This document shows positions 1 to 6,275 of a DNA stretch of 64,000 nt, piece by piece. Numbering within the stretch: the first letter of the stretch is position 1; the number at the start of each line of letters is the position of its first letter. Origin of the DNA: Bacteroidales bacterium (GTDB lineage Bacteria; Bacteroidota; Bacteroidia; Bacteroidales; UBA3663); the NCBI GenBank assembly GCA_017519885.1, contig JAFWRO010000035.1, forward strand, positions 31,427 to 95,426, given 5' to 3'. Position numbers and translations under genes: made by a program. The notes under the pieces were generated by a model. The model had not been told where the DNA came from. It did not search any database and was given only the letters and a program-made list of their open reading frames with translations.

Positions 1-687
1 ACGCTACGGAGCGCCTCTGCACAAGCTACAAGAAAATTTGTCTATTCCGACGTCGGTGGCGGTTACAAGACTACCGAGGTGAAGAAAGCACTGGAGCTGC
101 TTATCAAAGCAGGATTATTGATACCCGTGACGCATACCGCTGCCAATGGATTACCCCTGGGAAGCGATGCCGATCCGTCATTCCGGAAGATGTTGCTTCT
201 TGACACAGGTCTGATGCTTCGTCTGCTGAATATGACGACAGGCGATATCTCCGAACTTACCGAACAGATACTGACAAGTGAAGTGAGTGACCTTGTGAAC
301 AAGGGTCCAATGGCTGAAATGCTTGCAGGCCTTGAACTGTTGCACTATCGAACCCCAAACATACGTCATGAATTGTTCTATTGGCAGCGTCAGGCCAAAA
401 ACGCTCTGGCGGAGGTGGATTACATCACAAGTTATCGTCAGTCGGTATTGCCCATCGAAGTGAAAGCTGGGATACAAGGTGGGATGAAGAGCCTATGGAT
501 ACTGATGCGCGAAAAGAATCTCACCAATGCCGTTCGATGCTCATTGGAGAACTTCGGCGCATTTGACTTCGAGGACAAAGACGCTGGTAGTGCACAGCGC
601 CATGTCGAAGTATGCCCGCTATATGCGATTTCGCAACTCGATGCATTATTGCAGCGCACATTTCGAAGATTCGAAGCTACCCCATGA
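1..687 (+). CDS. AAA-family ATPase, DUF4143-like C-terminal part (5' end outside window)
   Basis: Frame 1 is open from base 1 with no stop before the M at 79. The tail ...YWQRQAKNALAEVDYI...LPIEVKAG... fits the DUF4143 ATPase pattern common in Bacteroidota. Confidence 0.7.
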   Translation, partial: TLRSASAQATRKFVYSDVGGGYKTTEVKKALELLIKAGLLIPVTHTAANGLPLGSDADPSFRKMLLLDTGLMLRLLNMTTGDISELTEQILTSEVSDLVNKGPMAEMLAGLELLHYRTPNIRHELFYWQRQAKNALAEVDYITSYRQSVLPIEVKAGIQGGMKSLWILMREKNLTNAVRCSLENFGAFDFEDKDAGSAQRHVEVCPLYAISQLDALLQRTFRRFEATP

Positions 688-734
688 AAAGAAAAGCCGT
701 TCTATGAGCTGAATCATTGATCTAAAAAGAAGCA

Positions 735-1110
735 AGCACTCTGTCGGCCGTCACGATGCTTTATCCTGTAGCAGATAGCACGCTGACGGCCGTCATGATG
801 CTTGCTCCCGCAGGATAGAGCACGCTGACGCGCGACACGATGCTTTATCACGCAGCAGATAGCACTCTGACGGCTGTCGTGATGCTTCATCCGTCAGCGG
901 AAGTACTCTGTCGGCCGTCACGATGCTTCATCACGCAGCAGATAGCACTCTGTCGCCCGTCATGATGCTCCATCACGCAGCAGACAGCACTCTGTCGGCC
1001 GACACGATGCTTCGTCCGACTGCAGAAGCACTCTGACACCCGTCACGATGCTTCATCGCGGAGCAGATAGCACTCTGTCGGCCGTCATGGTGCTCTATCA
1101 CGCAGCAGAT
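735..1110. repeat. Tandem array 1: about 9 units of 41-42 bp, consensus AGCACTCTGTCGGCCGTCACGATGCTTCATCACGCAGCAGAT
   Basis: Direct reading. GGCC or degenerate cores start at 746, 788, 830, 872, 913, 955, 997, 1038 and 1080. The array lies between convergent gene ends. Confidence 0.9.
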
Positions 1111-1156
1111 ATTTTATTGTGGCTTTTGATGGACTTATCCTTGTGGTTTTATTGTC

Positions 1157-1654
1157 TTAGCGATTCAATTTTGAAGCCACAACCTTGCCCAGATTGTATG
1201 TGATTTCCTCGCGGAAGTATGCTTCGTAGTCCTCGATGACGTTGTTGTTCTCATCCAGCGCCTCGTAGGTGTCCTGGTCGTAGTAACGCGGGAAGACTTC
1301 CTTGCGGGTGTGTTTGTCGATGAAGTAGAAGACGGGTTCGTTGTTGTCATCGACGTAAAGGGCAGTCTCGGCACTCTCGACCTCCAACAATGCAGCTTCG
1401 CGCTCGGGCTTGTAGCCCACATAGAGCAACAGGGCATCGTAACGAATGGGTACGGTGTTGCCGTTCTCGTCCTCGATAGCGTAGCCGTCATCGCCAAACA
1501 CGATATACTTGCGTTCGGTACTCGGCTTGATCTCACGTGTCTCCTGCTTCTTGGTTTCTGCGATAATCTCGTCGAAATACTGCTGCTTGATGATGAGGGT
1601 AAGCACTTTCTTACCGGATGCCACGTAGGCTTCCACTTGTTCCTTGAAGTTCAT
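1157..1654 (-). CDS. ASCH-like (PUA-fold) domain protein, 165 aa
   Basis: The N-terminal KVLTLIIKQQYFDEIIAETKKQETREIKP resembles the first strand-helix-strand of ASCH domains. The rest is acidic and unassigned. Confidence 0.5.
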   Translation of the reverse strand: MNFKEQVEAYVASGKKVLTLIIKQQYFDEIIAETKKQETREIKPSTERKYIVFGDDGYAIEDENGNTVPIRYDALLLYVGYKPEREAALLEVESAETALYVDDNNEPVFYFIDKHTRKEVFPRYYDQDTYEALDENNNVIEDYEAYFREEITYNLGKVVASKLNR

Positions 1655-1703
1655 AGTTTGTGCGTTTTAGTTGTTTTAAGCTTCTATATAACATCCTTGT
1701 TTT

Positions 1704-1819
1704 AGGGGTCGCTTCGCTCAAAATTATAAGAAAATCTAATATAAAAATTATCAAAAGGGCGGGGGCTTCTTATAATTTTAAAATTAATTTTTTTACAATT
1801 TTGAGCGTCAGCGACCCCT
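1704..1819. repeat. Palindromic leader element, copy 1 (MITE-like; terminal inverted repeats GGGGTCGC..GCTCAAAATTATAA)
   Basis: The left arm ggggtcgcttcgctcaaaattataa pairs with the right arm ttacaattttgagcgtcagcgacccc. A second copy lies at 6856-6997. Confidence 0.85.
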
Positions 1820-1863
1820 CATGTTATAATCCATTTTTGTTTTCGTTGTCGAAATGGACGCTG

Positions 1864-1871
1864 CAAAGGTA
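1864..1871 (-). promoter_or_regulatory. Bacteroidota -7 box TACCTTTG (minus strand) upstream of element copy 1 and the ASCH-like gene
   Basis: Plus-strand caaaggta matches TAnnTTTG on the minus strand. The same tgcaaaggta context recurs at 7018-7028. Confidence 0.5.
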
Positions 1872-1966
1872 AAGAGAAGGTGTGAAAAAGGGCTTCCCAC
1901 TTTTAGGTCAAAAAAAGTTGGCTATAAGATAATACCATTTTTGTCATTAATGATTTTCCTAAACCA

Positions 1967-2020
1967 CTACACTTTTGTGTAATTCTCCGATTAGAATGAC
2001 AGAATTACCCAAAAGTGTAG
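1967..2020. promoter_or_regulatory. 54-bp inverted repeat just upstream of the cassette promoter
   Basis: CTACACTTTTG-T-GTAATTCT [14-nt loop] AGAATTAC-C-CAAAAGTGTAG gives 19 paired positions. It ends about 23 bp before the -7 box at 2043. Confidence 0.6.
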
Positions 2021-2042
2021 TGCCATTGTGAAAGATTCCCCT

Positions 2043-2050
2043 TATCTTTG
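2043..2050 (+). promoter_or_regulatory. -7 box TATCTTTG for the membrane/GNAT-like/ThiF-like cassette
   Basis: cttATCTTTGcagcgg is an exact TAnnTTTG match followed by CA, as at many other genes in this window. Confidence 0.55.
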
Positions 2051-2087
2051 CAGCGGAAATAAACCTATATGGGTATTTCCAGGATAA

Positions 2088-2153
2088 ATGGACAATACAC
2101 GAATCTTGCTTAACAGCAAATTATACTGGACAGCTAATAATTTAATCGAATGA
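2088..2153 (+). CDS. Candidate 21-aa mini-ORF MDNTRILLNSKLYWTANNLIE
   Basis: It has an ATG start, and its TGA overlaps the ATG of the next gene (ATGA at 2150-2153). It is too short for the ORF track. An overlapping alternative 14-aa ORF sits at 2069-2113. There is no other support. Confidence 0.2.
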   Translation: MDNTRILLNSKLYWTANNLIE

Positions 2154-2668
2154 ATAAAAGCCTAAAGTGCTTGCTACCTATGGGCATATTGGGAGTTATC
2201 TTGCATACAACCATATATTTTACATTTTGTCAGAGCAACCGCACACAAGGTATAGGAATTGCCGTTATTTCTTTATTGTTGTTTACAACAACTTGCTTAT
2301 CTTATTTGATTAAGGCAAAAGATATCTTGTTGTTCGATAGCATTAAGACTCTTTATGTTATATTATTCAGTATGTTATCCTATACATTCTTATTTAATGC
2401 ATGGTGTATGATAATCTCCGAAGATAGTATATGGACAATTTCTCTATTACAAAGCATCCTATATCCCATCATATTGTCAGGGTTCATTGGGAAAGCTGCA
2501 AGTAAGAAGAGCTTCAAGGATTGTTCTGCCCTGATGTTTATTTTCGCAATCGCGAGTTGTAGCTTTAGATTTGATCCCAATAATCTAAATATACTTGCTA
2601 TTATCTCATATATTATTTGCATCGTCATCCCATCTATATTCGATTGGGGCCATAGTAAATATATTTGA
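2150..2668 (+). CDS. Polytopic membrane protein, 172 aa, no recognisable family
   Basis: There are five to six hydrophobic segments, the sequence is AT-rich, and it is first in an operon-like arrangement. Confidence 0.6.
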   Translation: MNKSLKCLLPMGILGVILHTTIYFTFCQSNRTQGIGIAVISLLLFTTTCLSYLIKAKDILLFDSIKTLYVILFSMLSYTFLFNAWCMIISEDSIWTISLLQSILYPIILSGFIGKAASKKSFKDCSALMFIFAIASCSFRFDPNNLNILAIISYIICIVIPSIFDWGHSKYI

Positions 2669-2835
2669 CTCAAATCAAGCAAGTGCATAATTTGATGGAT
2701 ATTAAAGACAATTATGGAAAGAATGTACCCTATGTCTCCAATCGGGTTAAGACAAAGGTATCGTCCCCGTAGTTCCTTTGATTCATCGACTTTTGCACTT
2801 GCCAAAGTCGATGAAATTATAAGTTTATATCCTAA

Positions 2836-3471
2836 ATGTTTAATAATATCGAATCAAACTATACAATCAGCCGATTGCAGACATCGGAGCTGCATGAACT
2901 TATTCATTTCGTTGTTGAGCAGAATTATTCTCATCATTCGCCCAAAACTGACAAAGGCACTATAGAAGAAGAAACATTGAGTCTGGTTGATGAAGAGCGA
3001 ATGATTTGCAGTGATAATTCACTTACTTACGTGGCACGGAGCCGATTGGGACAGATAATTGGCAGCATCCGCTCATGCCGTTGGGATAGAAAAGCTACGT
3101 TGCCTATGCTGAAAATCTTCAACATTAACCCAGCGGAAATAATTGAACCTTCTGAAGACGTTCAGTTTTGGCATGTCGGGCGATTTGCAGTAGATTCATG
3201 TTGCGGTATTTCCCCAATCATTCTATTCAAGCAATTGATGCATTTCGCCATCATCCCAATCGTAGAGGCAGGTAATGCCATTATGCTTGCCGAAGTGGAC
3301 AACCATCTGATGCGAGTCGTTAACCACCTGGGCATTAAAACTCATCCGTTGGGAAATTCCATCGTATATTTAGGCTCACTCACGACCCCTGTTTATTCAT
3401 TGGCAAGCGACCTGCATGATTATTACGACAGATATAAAACTTCATTTGCTGAACAAAAACTTTCAAAATAA
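2836..3471 (+). CDS. GNAT-superfamily, LuxI / N-acyl-amino-acid-synthase-like protein, 211 aa (tentative)
   Basis: The core ...VQFWHVGRFAVDS... resembles the WELSRFAI/V strand of autoinducer or N-acyl amino acid synthases. A TAA lies immediately upstream in frame. Confidence 0.5.
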   Translation: MFNNIESNYTISRLQTSELHELIHFVVEQNYSHHSPKTDKGTIEEETLSLVDEERMICSDNSLTYVARSRLGQIIGSIRSCRWDRKATLPMLKIFNINPAEIIEPSEDVQFWHVGRFAVDSCCGISPIILFKQLMHFAIIPIVEAGNAIMLAEVDNHLMRVVNHLGIKTHPLGNSIVYLGSLTTPVYSLASDLHDYYDRYKTSFAEQKLSK

Positions 3472-4223
3472 TGAAAGAAAGATACAGTAGAAACAGGCTG
3501 TATGTCCTGCCTGAGGAGCAGGACATCATCAGCCAAAAGCGCATCCTGTTGGGAGGTGCCGGCATAGGGAGCATCATTGCCGAATGTGCCATCCGCTTCG
3601 GCTTTGAGAAAATGACCATTGTCGATGGGGACGTGGTGGAGGAGAGCAATCTCAACCGCCAGAACTACTGCCAGTCTGACATCGGCAAATATAAGGCCGA
3701 AACCTTGGCAAAACGGCTTTTGGCAATCAATCCTCATGCACAAATTGCGTATCTTAACGAGATGATTACCCATGATAATCTGGTCGGCCTCATCGAAGGA
3801 CACGACATTGCCATCAATGCATTGGACTTCAATAGCGACATTCCATTTGCGCTCGACGAGGAATGCAGAAAGAGAGACATTCCAGTGCTGCATCCTTACA
3901 ATTTCGGATGGGCTGGATTTCTCACAATCGTCAGCCCGCATGGCGAACCGATAACAGTTTTGTCGAACAATCCATCAGGATTCGAACTGAAGATGGCAAA
4001 CTACGTCACCCAATATTGCGCATTCTGGCAGAATCCCAAGAATTGGCTTCAGAACATCATCGAACGATATGGAAAAGAAGTCGGGAATATGCCACCTCCA
4101 CAGCTGTCTGTCGGCTCATGGATTGCTGCAGGATATTGCGTGAATGCAATGTATCGGCTTTCGACCTCGAAAGAAGTGCATTTCTTCCCTAACTTCTATC
4201 TGTCAGCATCCGTGAACGAATAG
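3471..4223 (+). CDS. ThiF/MoeB/HesA-family E1-like adenylyltransferase, 250 aa
   Basis: It has the Rossmann loop LLGGAGIGS, the hallmark VDGDVVEESNLNRQ, and INALDF. Its start overlaps the previous stop by 1 nt (TAATG). Confidence 0.85.
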   Translation: MKERYSRNRLYVLPEEQDIISQKRILLGGAGIGSIIAECAIRFGFEKMTIVDGDVVEESNLNRQNYCQSDIGKYKAETLAKRLLAINPHAQIAYLNEMITHDNLVGLIEGHDIAINALDFNSDIPFALDEECRKRDIPVLHPYNFGWAGFLTIVSPHGEPITVLSNNPSGFELKMANYVTQYCAFWQNPKNWLQNIIERYGKEVGNMPPPQLSVGSWIAAGYCVNAMYRLSTSKEVHFFPNFYLSASVNE

Positions 4224-4225
4224 TG

Positions 4226-4984
4226 CTAAATCAGCCTGTAATTCGAGGCGAAAGAGAGCGCTTCGGTGATGTTCTTGACTCCAACTTTTTCGAACAGACG
4301 CCGCTTGTAGAATTTCACCGTATCGACCGACTTGAAGATACGATTGGCTATCTCCTCCATCTTCAGCCCTTGGGCCGAAAGGAGGAGAATGGCCTTTTCC
4401 TCTTCGCTCAGTGACACGCGCTCCCCTTGATGCCATCGGTGATCGTCCAACGAGTAGTGCCAGAAGATGTTCGTATTGTTCTTACTCACCACAATTTGCC
4501 CAGGCTTGCCCTGCGCGGAATACGAAACGACACATACAGCCAACCAGACCCTACCATCCGTGGCGAGCATGAGCGGAGTCAGCTGGTGGTTGATGAGACG
4601 CTTCTGCCTCTCGCTCAGCAGATGGAAGTCGTAGGAGATGCTGTAATCCAGTCGCTCCTCCTTCGGTATCTCATTGAAGAAGCGGAATCCCGCAGTATTG
4701 ATCTCCACCAGCATGTCGAGTTCATCGGCCGGGACATGCTGCATGTAGAAACCATAACCCATCTCCAACACCTCCTCACGGGTATGTCCGCACAGGAAAA
4801 GCGGATTGTCCGAAACGTAGAGGAAACCCTGCTTGAAATAGTCGATGATATATACGCTCTGGTAGATGGTTTGCGCAAGGGCCTCTGCAGTCCTTATCAA
4901 TGGTTCCACCTGGCTATAGTCCAAGCCCTCCGCCTCGCCAACGGCATTCTCCGGAATGAAAAAATGGGATACCTTTACCTCCAT
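4226..4984 (-). CDS. PAS-like sensor + LuxR/GerE-type HTH transcriptional regulator
   Basis: The C-terminus is LSEEEKAILLLSAQGLKMEEIANRIFKSVDTVKFYKRRLFEKVGVKN. I place the start at the ATG (MEVKV...), because the ORF-track TTG start at 5023 falls inside the -7 box. Confidence 0.85.
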   Translation of the reverse strand: MEVKVSHFFIPENAVGEAEGLDYSQVEPLIRTAEALAQTIYQSVYIIDYFKQGFLYVSDNPLFLCGHTREEVLEMGYGFYMQHVPADELDMLVEINTAGFRFFNEIPKEERLDYSISYDFHLLSERQKRLINHQLTPLMLATDGRVWLAVCVVSYSAQGKPGQIVVSKNNTNIFWHYSLDDHRWHQGERVSLSEEEKAILLLSAQGLKMEEIANRIFKSVDTVKFYKRRLFEKVGVKNITEALSFASNYRLI

Positions 4985-5020
4985 AAAATAAAATCCTGAT
5001 GAATTATAAAAAATGTTGTG

Positions 5021-5028
5021 CAAAGATA
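5021..5028 (-). promoter_or_regulatory. -7 box TATCTTTG (minus strand) for the LuxR-type regulator
   Basis: Plus-strand caaagata lies 37 nt upstream of the ATG at 4984. Confidence 0.5.
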
Positions 5029-5163
5029 TGGTTTTCCTCTGTTTTTGACAACTTTTCTTCTATTTATCTGGATATTATTTTTATTTTCTGTATTCTAATG
5101 ACATTCTTAGATGGCATTCCGATGACAAGATTCTATTATCATTTTCGTGGCATAACCAATCTT

Positions 5164-5600
5164 GGCCAAAACTGGTTATTCTTCGACAGAAGTATGGCCT
5201 TTCTTGGCCAAGATTGGTTATTCTTCGTTCGCTGCATACCCTTTCTTGGCCAAGATTAGTTATGCTGCGGTTGGATAGAGCACTCTGTCGGCCGTCGGAG
5301 TGCTTGCTCCGATTGAGGCATGACCTTTTTCGGCCAAGATTGGTTATTCTCCGTTCGCTGCATACTCTTTTTCGGCCAAGATTGGTTATTCTCCGTTCGC
5401 TGCATACCCTTTCTTGGCCAAGATTGGTTATTCTTCGTTCGCAGCATACCCTTTTTCGGCCAAGATTGGTTATTCTTCGTTCGCAGCATACCCTTTCTTG
5501 GCCAGGATTGGTTATTCTTCGTTCGCAGCATACCCTTTCTTGGCCAGGATTGGTCATGCCGCGATCGAATAAAGCACTCTGTCGAACAACAGAGTGCTTT
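5164..5600. repeat. Tandem array 2: exact 42-bp period, unit GGCCAAGATTGGTTATTCTTCGTTCGCWGCATACCCTTTCTT, closed by a perfect hairpin
   Basis: GGCC starts at 5164, 5206, 5248, 5290, 5332, 5374, 5416, 5458, 5500 and 5542. The terminal hairpin AAAGCACTCTGT-CGAACA-ACAGAGTGCTTT is at 5571-5600. Confidence 0.9.
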
Positions 5601-5615
5601 ATATGATGGTGAATA

Positions 5616-5771
5616 TCAATCCGTAGGATTCCACTGCATGAACCAGCGCTTCTGGTCCTCGTAGGGCATGTTGAAATAACGTGCCTCCTTGTCGAGAGCG
5701 CGCATCTGCTGCATCTCTTCGTTGCTCAGCTCGAAATCGAAGACCTCGATGTTCTCCTGGATGTGAGCGGG
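5616..5771 (-). pseudogene. Aldo/keto reductase C-terminal remnant (about 52 codons, no N-terminal body)
   Basis: The minus-strand translation is PAHIQENIEVFDFELSNEEMQQMRALDKEARYFNMPYEDQKRWFMQWNPTD*. ENI-VFDFELS-EEM is the typical AKR C-terminal motif. The remnant abuts the stop of the next gene. Confidence 0.55.
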
Positions 5772-5772
5772 A

Positions 5773-6237
5773 TTACATATCTTCGACAGTTGTGAACATG
5801 AAATTGGACTCGCGGTGCTTGATGAGCCACTTGCCGTCCTGCTTCACATAGGTGTCGTGATAACGTACGCCGCTCTGGTTTCGCTTGCCATTGCCGATGA
5901 GTGTCACGAAGCAGTAGGAGATGCCTGTGGCCGTATCGCCGTCAATCTCCACCGTCTGCTGACCGTTCAGGTGATAGACCACATCGAACTGAGCGAGATA
6001 ACTGGCGAATGCATTACCAATCTGCTCCTTTCCCTTCATCACCGAGACGTACTCGCCTACCTTTGAGTGCACTTCGGCATCGTCGGTGAACAAGTCCATC
6101 TGCGACTTGACATCCTTCACGTCAGCGAGGTTAGAAAACGTATCCACGAGTCTCTTGAGTGCCAGCTGGTCTTCGGTCTGTGCACTTGCCCATGTCGTGG
6201 TCATCAGGGCCAACAAGATAAACAGAATCTTTTTCAT
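5773..6237 (-). CDS. Secreted SnoaL-like / NTF2-fold protein, 154 aa
   Basis: It has a signal peptide (MKKILFILLALMTTTWASAQ). Its length and the pattern ...FTDDAEV...G.E.I...F...H...I.DG..A..... fit the nuclear transport factor 2-like fold. Confidence 0.65.
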   Translation of the reverse strand: MKKILFILLALMTTTWASAQTEDQLALKRLVDTFSNLADVKDVKSQMDLFTDDAEVHSKVGEYVSVMKGKEQIGNAFASYLAQFDVVYHLNGQQTVEIDGDTATGISYCFVTLIGNGKRNQSGVRYHDTYVKQDGKWLIKHRESNFMFTTVEDM

Positions 6238-6275
6238 AATTTTCTTTTTTTATCGTGATGTATTATTAGATGAAT

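Noticed and set aside
735-1110. CRISPR interpretation of the 42-bp arrays (also 5164-5600 and 51588-51998).
   Set aside because: The units are contiguous with no unique spacers, there is no leader and no cas genes in the window, and the repeat degenerates internally.
2714-2965. 83-aa ORF spanning the membrane-protein/GNAT-like intergenic gap.
   Set aside because: It overlaps the start of the better-supported 211-aa ORF in another frame and has no recognisable features. I cannot exclude it completely.
2043-4223. Microcin-C-like (MccA/MccB/MccE) peptide-nucleotide cluster, or a canonical LuxI/LuxR AHL quorum-sensing pair.
   Set aside because: The ThiF-like protein is only 250 aa and lacks the N-terminal peptide-clamp domain of MccB. 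Neither mini-ORF ends in Asn, and there is no MFS exporter. The neighbouring LuxR-type protein has a PAS-like rather than an AHL-binding domain. I keep these only as analogies.
687-5600. The region between arrays 1 and 2 as a conventional integrative mobile element.
   Set aside because: There is no integrase, transposase, tRNA attachment site or terminal inverted or direct repeat pair other than the arrays themselves. Only part of the region is compositionally atypical.
5081-5664. ORFs encoding 14-aa tandem repeats within array 2 (for example 5081-5557, 5214-5606, 5320-5664) and within array 3 (51617-52012, 51623-51877).
   Set aside because: Several frames on both strands are open at once, simply because the 42-bp unit lacks stops. 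There is no promoter or start context, and the peptides are low-complexity. The related array 1 contains stops. I treat them as non-coding repeats.
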